DNA from: a virus
Direction: 5' to 3' (one strand)
Length of the DNA: 43,501 nucleotides
Virus record (IMG/VR): IMGVR_UViG_3300008050_000097
The first letter of the stretch is position 1; the number at the start of each line of letters is the position of its first letter. Of this stretch, positions 15,952 to 24,226 are shown piece by piece. The notes below the pieces were generated by a model that was not told the DNA's origin, ran no database searches, and saw only the letters and a list, made by a program, of their open reading frames with translations. The translations under genes were made by a program, and so were the position numbers.

Positions 15952-16212
15952 ATGTATAAGTTTGTAATTTTGATTGCCGCGATGTTCATGCTCAGCGGCT
16001 GTGTTAGCTCTGACGCAGCTACCAGTTATGCCGCGAGGGCGTACCCTGACTGCACAAACCACCAGTCACTGGGTCACCACTATGGTGGCGAAAATGGCGC
16101 TTCGCAGACAGAAGTCCGCATGACCTGTGACGGGGTGAATAAATCAATCACAGTCAAGTGTGTATTTGGGTTTGGAATCATCAGCGATACAACCTGCCAC
16201 GAGAATAACTGA
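15952..16212 (+). CDS. lipoprotein
   Basis: MYKFVILIAAMFMLSGC lipobox LSGC. Confidence 0.5.
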   Translation: MYKFVILIAAMFMLSGCVSSDAATSYAARAYPDCTNHQSLGHHYGGENGASQTEVRMTCDGVNKSITVKCVFGFGIISDTTCHENN

Positions 16213-16218
16213 GCAGTT

Positions 16219-16584
16219 ATGTTCAAGTGGGTACCTGGCCGGCAAGGTGGCGATTATTTCAAGGTGGAGCTGCTCAACTCAAAACGCCTGCGCATGCACT
16301 TAGTTCTACTTAAGCTCCCAAAGGGTGTGCACATTGCATATCACAAAGACCCAGCGCCTGATGGATTCAAGCATTGGCGCGTTAACTTTGTTTTCTGGCG
16401 GGGAGCGACAGGTTCGAGACTTGTGCAGGGGCAGTCACTATTTGCTCGTGCACGTGCGGCCTATGGAGGCTTTTTCGCCAATAGGCTGAACATCTTCAGG
16501 CCTGATGAGGTTATCCATGGCGTATCACGTGCCAGTGAGACAAGCTACGCACTCAGCTTTGGTTGGTTGCAGAGAAAGAAGTGA
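16219..16584 (+). CDS. 2OG-Fe(II) oxygenase superfamily protein (small)
   Basis: HKD (HxD) ... H ... RAS (RxS) spacing consistent with a double-stranded beta-helix oxygenase. Confidence 0.45.
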   Translation: MFKWVPGRQGGDYFKVELLNSKRLRMHLVLLKLPKGVHIAYHKDPAPDGFKHWRVNFVFWRGATGSRLVQGQSLFARARAAYGGFFANRLNIFRPDEVIHGVSRASETSYALSFGWLQRKK

Positions 16585-16586
16585 TT

Positions 16587-17999
16587 ATGCGTGAATTTCG
16601 ACAAAAGGGCAGGACAGCTGCGCTTCTTTGGACAATTGAGCTCCATGGAGCAACAGAGACAGTTCGTTACGGCCAGCTCGGTGGGCAGATGCAGGAGGCA
16701 TCCCATACTTACGCTGGTGTCAACATTGGTAAGTCAAATGAGCTAAGCCCAGAGGAATTTGCCCAGACACGGGTCGATAAGAAGATTGAAGAGCAGCGCA
16801 GGGCAGGCTACATTGAATATGTTGATGGTGTTGCCACAGAAGTGCGAGTTGAAGCTGTAAGCGCCGACGAGCCATTGCCAACAAATCTCTGCTTCTACAA
16901 GCCGAACAACAAGCCTGGCGGCAAGATGCTCAAGCTGATTGAGGATGGGAAAGCCATCTTCGGCCGCAAGCGTGACGGCATGATGCACGTGATTCGCGTT
17001 ACTGCTGACAGCACTGAAGTGTACTCCCGCCGAATGCTTCAGTCGATGGACAAGGAACCTGGGAAACCGTGGGCACTTCGTTACCCGAAGATTGTAGAAG
17101 AATTTGAAGCGATGGCTGAGGTCGAAATCTTCCCACCCAATACTGTGTTCCTTGGTGAGATGGTCATGGACCGCGGTGGTGTCGATGACTTCACGCACGT
17201 CGCTCGTGTTACAAAGTCACTGACTCATGAATCACTTGCCATCCAAGCAGCGGACGGTTGGGTGTCGTATTATATCTGGGATGTTGCCATTTGGGGCGGT
17301 GTTGAAGTTGCCAAGACGATGTCTTTCGCCGAAAGGCAAAAGCTCCTTGAGCCAATGAACAGGGAGTGGCTTAAACTAGAGAACTGGTGGGTGCTCGGAC
17401 ATACACCAATTCTGCCTCTGGATGTTTGGACACCGAGTGATTTGCAGCTTGCAACTGATCTTGAAGATGAGTTTGCGGATTTTCCGCCTGTGCTTACAAT
17501 GGCAACTGATCTGGCGAAGGAGTTGGATTGGGAAGGCTTCGTGGTTGTTGATCCGACAGCTGTCTATGGTGAGAAGGCGTTCAACTTCAGGGGTAAGCCC
17601 GACAGGCCTCGTGGCATGTGTGCCAAGGTAAAGCCCTCCTATGAGGATGACTTCATCGCTCGCTGGGATCCTGAAGACGACATCGGCGAGTACGGCAAGG
17701 GCAAGCACCAGGGCATGTGCGGCAGTGTCGGGCTTTACCAGCTGAATGAGGCTGGGGAAGAGGTATGGATCTGTAAGGCTGGCGGCGGCATCAAGGATAA
17801 GTTCACAAAGGAATATCCCGATGGTCTGCTGCGGGTAGATCTAAGTGACAAAAGCATCTACCCGCTTGTTGTAGAAGTTGAATACGATTCACGCACGTAC
17901 AGGTCTGATGGTGATAAAACTGACGCACTTCGTTTCCCACGAATTGTTCGTTGGCGTGATGATAAGGCGTACGAAGAGTGTGTGAATTCTAGATTGTAA
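16587..17999 (+). CDS. ATP-dependent DNA ligase
   Basis: Motif I FGRKRDGMMHV (KxDG), motif IV DWEGFVVVDP, motif V CAKVKP; ATG with purine-rich RBS. Confidence 0.7.
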   Translation: MREFRQKGRTAALLWTIELHGATETVRYGQLGGQMQEASHTYAGVNIGKSNELSPEEFAQTRVDKKIEEQRRAGYIEYVDGVATEVRVEAVSADEPLPTNLCFYKPNNKPGGKMLKLIEDGKAIFGRKRDGMMHVIRVTADSTEVYSRRMLQSMDKEPGKPWALRYPKIVEEFEAMAEVEIFPPNTVFLGEMVMDRGGVDDFTHVARVTKSLTHESLAIQAADGWVSYYIWDVAIWGGVEVAKTMSFAERQKLLEPMNREWLKLENWWVLGHTPILPLDVWTPSDLQLATDLEDEFADFPPVLTMATDLAKELDWEGFVVVDPTAVYGEKAFNFRGKPDRPRGMCAKVKPSYEDDFIARWDPEDDIGEYGKGKHQGMCGSVGLYQLNEAGEEVWICKAGGGIKDKFTKEYPDGLLRVDLSDKSIYPLVVEVEYDSRTYRSDGDKTDALRFPRIVRWRDDKAYEECVNSRL

Positions 18000-18061
18000 A
18001 TAACAGCGCCAGTGTCATTGGCGATGATCCTAAGTGTATGCCAAAATTACTACTCACTCAT

Positions 18062-18138
18062 AGGAGGGTGGCCAAGTGGTAAAGGCAGCGATCTTATGAG
18101 TCGATGATGCGTGGGTTCAATCCCCACCCCTCCTACCA
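18062..18138 (+). tRNA. tRNA with anticodon TAT (Ile, AUA-decoding)
   Basis: Acceptor AGGAGGG/CCCTCCT, 3-bp D-stem, anticodon loop CTTATGA (U33, R37), T-arm GTGGG-TTCAATC-CCCAC, CCA. Confidence 0.55.
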
Positions 18139-18294
18139 TTTCAGTGGAGCAAAATGTCTGTAACACATGTGCAGGGCGATTACTTAAATCAGATTGTGAT
18201 ATTATTGGTCACGGCTGCAATTGCATGACAACTTAGGCAGACTTGGCCACATGTTTACGATGCCGATAGGCTCAACACCAAGCGTAGTGATCCG

Positions 18295-18606
18295 ATGAAG
18301 CTTGGTACGTTTGCAGTTGCAGTTGCATCGAATCGTGATGAAGAGCCAATGCACGTCTACAACCTCTATACACAATACGGTTATGGCCATGGCCGACATG
18401 CTGAGTACGCAGCAATTCGTTTTGCAATGGAGGCAATGCGAGCTGACGTTCTTGAAGGGTGTAATTTGAGTGCGTGGGGTGAAAGAGATCCAAAGATCGG
18501 ATTTCCAAAAATCGGAGCTGGTCTTGGTGGCGGTGACTGGGACATTATTGAAACGATCATTGATACAGTCTGGCATGACTTTGATGTGTTTGTGTACAGT
18601 CTTTGA
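18295..18606 (+). CDS. hypothetical protein
   Basis: 103 aa; internal repeat HVY(D/N). Confidence 0.4.
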   Translation: MKLGTFAVAVASNRDEEPMHVYNLYTQYGYGHGRHAEYAAIRFAMEAMRADVLEGCNLSAWGERDPKIGFPKIGAGLGGGDWDIIETIIDTVWHDFDVFVYSL

Positions 18607-18613
18607 ATTGCAT

Positions 18614-18646
18614 GTTTCCGCGCTGGAAACTACATTGTACAATATA
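18614..18646 (+). promoter_or_regulatory. conserved promoter-like motif GTTTCCGCGC-N12-TGTACAATATAA
   Basis: Upstream of 18664 peptide and tRNA-Ala. Confidence 0.45.
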
Positions 18647-18663
18647 AACAGGAATGAAAGGAA

Positions 18664-18798
18664 ATGAACATGGATAACGACGACGATTTCTTTGGCACCT
18701 TCTTCAAGGGAGGCGCTGTTCTTATTGTAGTTGGCATCATTGCAAATTTGGTTTTGTTTGGTGGCGCAGCTCTGATCATTAAGGCACTGTTCTTTTAA
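18664..18798 (+). CDS. small membrane peptide (44 aa)
   Basis: RBS AAAGGAAATG; acidic N-term plus one TM helix. Confidence 0.3.
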   Translation: MNMDNDDDFFGTFFKGGAVLIVVGIIANLVLFGGAALIIKALFF

Positions 18799-18805
18799 AG
18801 CTTTT

Positions 18806-18881
18806 GGGGACATAGCTCAGTTGGGAGAGCGGTTGCTTTGCAAGCAGCAGGTCAGGGGTTCGATCCCCCTTGTCTCCACCA
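18806..18881 (+). tRNA. tRNA-Ala(TGC)
   Basis: G3:U70 identity pair; anticodon arm GTTGC-TTTGCAA-GCAGC; T-loop TTCGATC; CCA. Confidence 0.85.
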
Positions 18882-18904
18882 AATTCGAAATAGAAACATA
18901 GATA

Positions 18905-19483
18905 ATGGATAGAATTAGCAAAGCTTGGAAGCATGCAGAAGACAAATTCGATGGTGTGCTGTATGGAGATTTTTCATATTTGAAGCACCTTCGTGATGCG
19001 CATGATGTGCTTGTCTCTGTTGGGATCATGGAAAAGACGCTGAGAATTGCAGTAATTCTCCATGACAACATTGAAGACACAAGCGATACTGTGCAGGATA
19101 TCGAAGAGTTGTTTGGTTGGCAAATTGCCCAGCTTGTCTGGGCAGTCTCTGACGGCCCGGGTGAAACTCGAAAAGAGCGGCACCAGAACACGTATCCAAA
19201 AACAGCAAGTGTTGAAAATGCTGTGATTGTAAAGCTGGCTGACAGAATTGCAAATGTCAAGGCCAGTGTTGGGTCAATTCTTAAGCGTGGAAAGGTTGAC
19301 AAATTTTCCATGTATTTGGGTGAGAGAGAATCGTTTATGCTCGCCTTGAATGCTTCGAAGCATTCACCTTCGTACGATACGAATGTTGACTCTTTGTGGC
19401 GCATGTATGAGGCTCAATACGATCTTGGGCTTGAGCACCTTGCGCAGCTAGATAGAGAGAATGCTCGGGCTTGGCGAACTTGA
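18905..19483 (+). CDS. HD-domain metal-dependent phosphohydrolase
   Basis: H...HD...D motifs: HLRDAHDVL, ILHDNIEDT, KLADRIAN. Confidence 0.6.
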   Translation: MDRISKAWKHAEDKFDGVLYGDFSYLKHLRDAHDVLVSVGIMEKTLRIAVILHDNIEDTSDTVQDIEELFGWQIAQLVWAVSDGPGETRKERHQNTYPKTASVENAVIVKLADRIANVKASVGSILKRGKVDKFSMYLGERESFMLALNASKHSPSYDTNVDSLWRMYEAQYDLGLEHLAQLDRENARAWRT

Positions 19484-19505
19484 TGAAGAACTTGAAGGAA
19501 AATAA

Positions 19506-19582
19506 CAGGGTGTAGCTCAGTTGGTAGAGCGCCGGTCTTGGGGTCCGGAGGTTCGCAGGTTCGAGACCTGCCACCCTGACCA
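19506..19582 (+). tRNA. tRNA-Pro(TGG)
   Basis: Acceptor CAGGGTG/CACCCTG; anticodon loop CTTGGGG; T-arm GCAGG-TTCGAGA-CCTGC; CCA. Confidence 0.8.
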
Positions 19583-19600
19583 TTTAAAATGAGGAAGATA

Positions 19601-19828
19601 ATGAAGAACATGGAAATTGTGACAAAGGCAGGAACCCACTTCAGGCTGACACGAGCTGGGTTTTTGTACCGTGAAGGACAGCGCCTGGGCAAGGTTTTGG
19701 CACCTAGCATCGATGATGTAGTGGCTTCCATGAAGGGCGAGCCTCGACGAGGAAACAATTTTCGACTCATTCGCTACGTTGTTGATGGAAGTCACGCTGG
19801 TTTCCATACACAGTACATTAGCTGCTAG
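19601..19828 (+). CDS. hypothetical protein
   Basis: ATG with RBS GAGGAAG. Confidence 0.4.
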   Translation: MKNMEIVTKAGTHFRLTRAGFLYREGQRLGKVLAPSIDDVVASMKGEPRRGNNFRLIRYVVDGSHAGFHTQYISC

Positions 19829-19838
19829 GGAGAGTAAG

Positions 19839-20084
19839 ATGCGACCGATTTGGAAAATTACTGAAGAGATTCTAACTGACTGGCAGAATGTTTCTCCTCA
19901 CGCCCAACCGTATTTGAATGCAATGCTTTATTTGGATGACTTTACATCACAGTACGGTCTGGACGATGGCGAATCTGTTGTGTTGTATTTTCTCTCAAAC
20001 GCAACGACTTGGCGGGGAGAAACTGCACGAAGGATCAAGGCAGAGCTCCGCAAGGATCTCAAAGAATACAGGAGGCGCATATGA
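19839..20084 (+). CDS. hypothetical protein
   Basis: RBS AGGGAGAG. Confidence 0.4.
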   Translation: MRPIWKITEEILTDWQNVSPHAQPYLNAMLYLDDFTSQYGLDDGESVVLYFLSNATTWRGETARRIKAELRKDLKEYRRRI

Positions 20085-20272
20085 CACGCACACAACGCCC
20101 ATCAATTCTCGGTGAATACGAAATTGTAGCTGAGCCACCTGATAAGATTCTGGTCGAAGTTGAAACTAAGCTGCCTGACGGAAAGATCGCGATCTCGTAT
20201 CAGAAGTACGTGTTGGCAGAAGATGCAGTTCCGGCAGCTCCGGGCAGCCAACCTCTCTTCTTCAAAAAGTAA
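20081..20272 (+). CDS. hypothetical protein
   Basis: RBS AGGAGG; ATGA overlap. Confidence 0.35.
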   Translation: MTRTQRPSILGEYEIVAEPPDKILVEVETKLPDGKIAISYQKYVLAEDAVPAAPGSQPLFFKK

Positions 20273-20281
20273 AAAGTATCT

Positions 20282-20357
20282 GGGCCATTAGTTCAGCTGG
20301 TAGAACAAGGGACTCTTAATCCCCACGTCCCGGGTTCAAATCCCGGATGGCCCTCCA
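20282..20357 (+). tRNA. tRNA-Lys(CTT)
   Basis: Acceptor GGGCCAT/ATGGCCC; anticodon loop CTCTTAA; T-arm CCGGG-TTCAAAT-CCCGG; CCA. Confidence 0.8.
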
Positions 20358-20378
20358 AATCTTCAGTCGGAGTTTAGA

Positions 20379-20624
20379 ATGACGTTTAGAGCGTTTCGAA
20401 GTTTGTTGACAAGACAGATTTATCTCTTTCTTGTCATCATTGTGTGCTACATCATGGGTGATGACCCTGTCACACTTGTAAAGCTGTGGGGAGGCGGTGC
20501 AATTGCTATAGCAGTCGTGACTGAATTTCTTACTGCATCGCGTCGAAGAAACAATCTCCTTCAGGAAATTGCAGACAATGACCATGCATGGTTCAGGCCT
20601 GCTGTATTCGAAGATGATGAATGA
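20379..20624 (+). CDS. hypothetical membrane protein
   Basis: 81 aa, two TM segments. Confidence 0.45.
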   Translation: MTFRAFRSLLTRQIYLFLVIIVCYIMGDDPVTLVKLWGGGAIAIAVVTEFLTASRRRNNLLQEIADNDHAWFRPAVFEDDE

Positions 20625-20797
20625 GTATACTTTCCCATTTCCTTTATTTCGCTGGTGCCATTGTTATCTGCGCCCTTTCATGGCGCATTCATGGCAACTC
20701 AGCGAGTGGATGGGGAAGATTTTGGCGTGTGGCTACAATTACGTACGGACTTAGTGCTGTAATATTGTTTGTTGCAGGATTGACAGGTGAATTCTGA
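20621..20797 (+). CDS. small membrane protein (58 aa)
   Basis: ATGA overlap; two hydrophobic helices. Confidence 0.3.
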   Translation: MSILSHFLYFAGAIVICALSWRIHGNSASGWGRFWRVATITYGLSAVILFVAGLTGEF

Positions 20798-21006
20798 TGG
20801 GAAAACAATCTGATAGAAAGGTCGTGTGGACTGATCTTCCATTTCTTGAACTGGGGGATGACCCTATGACGAAGGGTCCATTGCGTGAGGTTCTTCTTGT
20901 AGAAGTTCGAACTGACGGGACTTCGTCAATCCAGTTGCCCACGGGCAGCATTGCTGTTGTTAGAAACGACAGGCTGCATCTAACGCCTACTGGGCTCTAT
21001 AATTAA
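20797..21006 (+). CDS. hypothetical protein
   Basis: TGATG overlap with upstream gene. Confidence 0.4.
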   Translation: MGKQSDRKVVWTDLPFLELGDDPMTKGPLREVLLVEVRTDGTSSIQLPTGSIAVVRNDRLHLTPTGLYN

Positions 21007-21110
21007 TGGCTATGGCCACAGGAGTGATTGGCAAGCAGCGCGCTCTGCTCGTAAAAAGATTGAAGTGGCAGTGCAACAAGATAGAATCATGCGAACAGTA
21101 GGGAAGTAAG

Positions 21111-21968
21111 ATGCCGGAACCTGTAGCAATTATTGGTGACATTCACGGTTGCTTTGATGAGCTCCTTGCACTGGAAGCAGAGCTCGACAGGCAGTTCCCA
21201 GGTGGCATCCGCCGTGTCTTTGTCGGGGATCTTCTTGACAAGGGGCCGAAGCAGATTGAACTGCTTGACTATGTCATTGAGAAGGGCTATGACGTTGTCA
21301 TGGGCAACCATGAAGACAAGCACCGGCGCTTCAAGAAGCATGACATTGAAAAGGGTCCCAAGAACAATCCGATGCGGAAGTCCAGGCGCGGAAGTCCAGT
21401 GTCTGGTACAGGCGGGTTTGTTGAAATCAACGAGCTCCTGACTGCGGATCACTATGCATTCCTTTGCAGTCTTCCTCTCGCCATCAGGATTCCTGAGTGG
21501 GAATTGATCGTCATTCACGCCGGCATTCCAGCAGCAATGCAGAACATCGGTACAGAAGTCACTGCACCATTCATTACACTTGCAGGAAAAACCAAGAAGT
21601 TCTTTGGAACGCTCTGTTGGACGCGTTTCATCAGCGGAAGCAAGGGTATGCCCGTGATGCTTGGAAAAGAAGGGCCTGAAGATTCCTACTGGGCAGAAGT
21701 GTACGACGGGCGGTTCGGAACTGCAGTCTTTGGACACCAGCCATTCAAGGGACCAGCAGTGTTTCCATTCGCCAGAGGCGTGGATACAGGCTGCGTTTTC
21801 GGAGATCAGTTGTCGTGTATTGTATACACTGACGATGACCCTGATGGTTGCTTCATCAGTGTGGAGGCCTTGGCTGCGCATGCAGAACCATGGGGTCCCC
21901 GTGATGGCTACTGCATTGATGGTAAGTTTGTTCGAGTTGAGCGTAAGATTAAAGAAATCATCGGTTGA
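21111..21968 (+). CDS. PPP-family Ser/Thr protein phosphatase (lambda PPase/ApaH-like)
   Basis: IGDIHG, GDLLDKG, GNHE metallophosphatase signature in PPP order. Confidence 0.7.
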   Translation: MPEPVAIIGDIHGCFDELLALEAELDRQFPGGIRRVFVGDLLDKGPKQIELLDYVIEKGYDVVMGNHEDKHRRFKKHDIEKGPKNNPMRKSRRGSPVSGTGGFVEINELLTADHYAFLCSLPLAIRIPEWELIVIHAGIPAAMQNIGTEVTAPFITLAGKTKKFFGTLCWTRFISGSKGMPVMLGKEGPEDSYWAEVYDGRFGTAVFGHQPFKGPAVFPFARGVDTGCVFGDQLSCIVYTDDDPDGCFISVEALAAHAEPWGPRDGYCIDGKFVRVERKIKEIIG

Positions 21969-22015
21969 CGTATTCATTTGCTGGGCGCCGAAAGTCCCAG
22001 TCATGGAGGTGAGAA

Positions 22016-22357
22016 GTGTACTACCCAATTATTTGGATTTTTGACGGCAGTGGCTACGTGCCTGTGCGGGAGGTTATTTCAAACACTGAAGTAATTGCTG
22101 GGCTGGCATATCACGGCGAACATGAAGATATCAAGATCACTGCACATCCAGGCAGGGGATCCAGGCCTGGGGGTCGAGAAATGGCCCTGACGCCAGAAGG
22201 TGAGTTTGTCTTCTTTGTTCACGACAACCTCTGGAGCTGGGTGCAATTTATTTCTTGGAATGCCGTGAACATGAAAATTACCGTGATTAGGGAAGGCATT
22301 CCAGACCGCATCGTGCTCAGCAATGCGCTCAACACACGCGACAATCCAGACATCTAG
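22016..22357 (+). CDS. hypothetical protein (GTG start)
   Basis: RBS GGAGGTGAGAA. Confidence 0.4.
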   Translation: MYYPIIWIFDGSGYVPVREVISNTEVIAGLAYHGEHEDIKITAHPGRGSRPGGREMALTPEGEFVFFVHDNLWSWVQFISWNAVNMKITVIREGIPDRIVLSNALNTRDNPDI

Positions 22358-22358
22358 A

Positions 22359-22390
22359 ATTTCCGTGTAAGGACCTCTGTGTTATAATAG
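22359..22390 (+). promoter_or_regulatory. conserved promoter-like motif ATTTCCGTGT-N11-TGTTATAATAG
   Basis: Upstream of 22404 gene. Confidence 0.5.
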
Positions 22391-22403
22391 AGGTAGGAAA
22401 CAA

Positions 22404-22664
22404 ATGATTAATTTTGCGCAAGCATACCAGGATGCCGTCGAAGAAACAGCAGAGCTGGCTGTTAGGGCTGGCTTTGAAATTGCTTCCTCTGATTCTTTTC
22501 TGCTACCACTGCGCGAGAAAATCGAAACTGCAGGCTTCAACTTCATTGAGTTCGTTAATAGTGTGCATGAAGAAATGCTTATCATTCTACCCATCTGGAA
22601 GAGTGAGAGCATGTCCAGGGCGTTCAAAAGCGCTTCAAATGTACCAGGTGCCAATACCCAATAG
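22404..22664 (+). CDS. hypothetical protein
   Basis: Downstream of TGTTATAATAG motif, RBS AGGTAGGAAA. Confidence 0.45.
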   Translation: MINFAQAYQDAVEETAELAVRAGFEIASSDSFLLPLREKIETAGFNFIEFVNSVHEEMLIILPIWKSESMSRAFKSASNVPGANTQ

Positions 22665-22699
22665 GTAACGTAGCTGGTTAAACAAACTAGGATGAATAG

Positions 22700-23014
22700 A
22701 TGGAATACCAGGCTGAATTTCCCAATTACAATTTCAAGTATCTTACTGCTGAATTTATGCAGCAGTTCATGGTTATCACCGACGAATCCGTTGCAGCAAC
22801 GGATGGCGCAGGCGATAAGTTGCATGAGTTCATTACAGAGAACCAGCTGCAGTTTGATCCTGAGTACTGGTGTGAAGCCTGCTTGCAGTGCACAGAGTAC
22901 GAAGCTCTTTGGGCACTGATGGGCACAGCACAGGGTTATGGCATTGAGGCTGTGCAGGCGCTGCAGGCTGGCGTTGAGCTTGCCCGGGATTACGTCGCGA
23001 CTGTTGAAGAGTAA
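22700..23014 (+). CDS. hypothetical protein
   Basis: 104 aa; RBS AGGATGAA. Confidence 0.5.
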   Translation: MEYQAEFPNYNFKYLTAEFMQQFMVITDESVAATDGAGDKLHEFITENQLQFDPEYWCEACLQCTEYEALWALMGTAQGYGIEAVQALQAGVELARDYVATVEE

Positions 23015-23215
23015 ATGAGCGACGCTCTCACTGAGACAACAAGTCGCAATCGTGAGATCTGCGCTTCATGCCGCTGGTGGAATGGAACCCGCTTGCAGAA
23101 CGCTTTCAACATCAACTATCAAAACAGTCCTGGGCGGTGCGGCAACCGTGCCAGTCCAACTGGGATGAGCAGCAAGCAGCCGCGGCAAAGCTGTCGTGCT
23201 TGGGAGTCAATGTGA
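23015..23215 (+). CDS. hypothetical Cys-containing protein
   Basis: ATG directly after upstream stop. Confidence 0.35.
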   Translation: MSDALTETTSRNREICASCRWWNGTRLQNAFNINYQNSPGRCGNRASPTGMSSKQPRQSCRAWESM

Positions 23216-23565
23216 CGCAGTCACCAAAAACAGTTCCTGTTATTTTTGTGTCGCCAAGGCCCATCCACGAGGCCATCGCGCCGACGGTATTTTATCCAGT
23301 AAGGCGCTTTCTGCCTAGTGGCGTATGGGTACGCATAGGTGAAATTTCACATTGGCTGTCCCACTCTTTGCTTGTGCAGACTGCCGAGGGCACACCGCAG
23401 TGGTTTGTTTGGTACAAAGCTGCGAACACGTACGTTCGCTTTATCTCGCATAACGGTGTTGCAGTGAAGGTTGCAAGCTGGCGCTTTCAAGATGAATCGC
23501 CATATGTTCGGGGCATCAACCAATTTATGCGTGTAATTGAGGAGGTGCCAAGTGCGACTGAGTGA
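23212..23565 (+). CDS. hypothetical protein (GTG start inferred)
   Basis: Long ORF in second frame overlapping previous gene; GTG with RBS GGGAG. Confidence 0.3.
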   Translation: MTQSPKTVPVIFVSPRPIHEAIAPTVFYPVRRFLPSGVWVRIGEISHWLSHSLLVQTAEGTPQWFVWYKAANTYVRFISHNGVAVKVASWRFQDESPYVRGINQFMRVIEEVPSATE

Positions 23566-23794
23566 TGTGCCTGATGACCAACTCCTTCAGGAGCTTGAAA
23601 AGCGAGGACTGCTAAACAGTGAGCCAAAGGTGTGGTCTGATATTCAGTGGGGCATGGACGCTGATCGTGCAGCAGAAGACCGCATGACAGCTGACTATGC
23701 TGCAAGTGTTCGGCATGATTCGCGCTATGAGGATGAGCCTCGGTGGATGGAGCCTGGATACGATCCCGGCCCTGATGAAGAGCCTGATGAGTAA
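23552..23794 (+). CDS. hypothetical acidic protein (GTG start)
   Basis: RBS GAGGAGG 6 nt upstream of GTG; Asp/Glu-rich C-terminus. Confidence 0.35.
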   Translation: MRLSDVPDDQLLQELEKRGLLNSEPKVWSDIQWGMDADRAAEDRMTADYAASVRHDSRYEDEPRWMEPGYDPGPDEEPDE

Positions 23795-23804
23795 GGCGAC
23801 TGTC

Positions 23805-24005
23805 ATGGACGATAGCTACCGAAAGCTCAAGGAGCACAGGCCGGACTTGCACCGAAAGGTTGTCGAGGTTGGCCTGTGCGTTACGTGCAGCAATGGGTAC
23901 CGACTGGTGAAGGATGACCTGGTCAAGAACGAGCTACACAAGGCTGCAGCCGCAGCGGAGAACAGGACTGTAGAGCTTCTGTTGGAAGCGCTGGGTATTG
24001 AGTGA
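23805..24005 (+). CDS. hypothetical protein
   Basis: Internal ATG of longer listed ORF. Confidence 0.3.
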   Translation: MDDSYRKLKEHRPDLHRKVVEVGLCVTCSNGYRLVKDDLVKNELHKAAAAAENRTVELLLEALGIE

Positions 24006-24226
24006 TGGTCCAACAAACGCTCACGTGGGCTGTTCCGTGTACACCGTTCGGTGCGGTGATGCACGGTACTGAGTCTGAGTTCACGAATCTACTGGAACAC
24101 TGGAGGGCGTCGCATCCGGTTGAATGCGGGTGCCAAAGACCCTCCAACATTTCCTTCGATGAGCGGGCAAAAGCCTGCGCGGAGTTGGAGTCCCAAGAGC
24201 AGATGCTGCGGGAGTCTCAAACTTAA
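24005..24226 (+). CDS. hypothetical protein
   Basis: ATGA overlap with upstream. Confidence 0.4.
   Translation: MVQQTLTWAVPCTPFGAVMHGTESEFTNLLEHWRASHPVECGCQRPSNISFDERAKACAELESQEQMLRESQT

Noticed and set aside
18295-18606. RNase H-like or macro-domain call for the 103-aa ORF
   Set aside because: Only vague resemblance (YGYGHGRHAEYAAIRFAMEA). No catalytic motif could be aligned with confidence; left as hypothetical.
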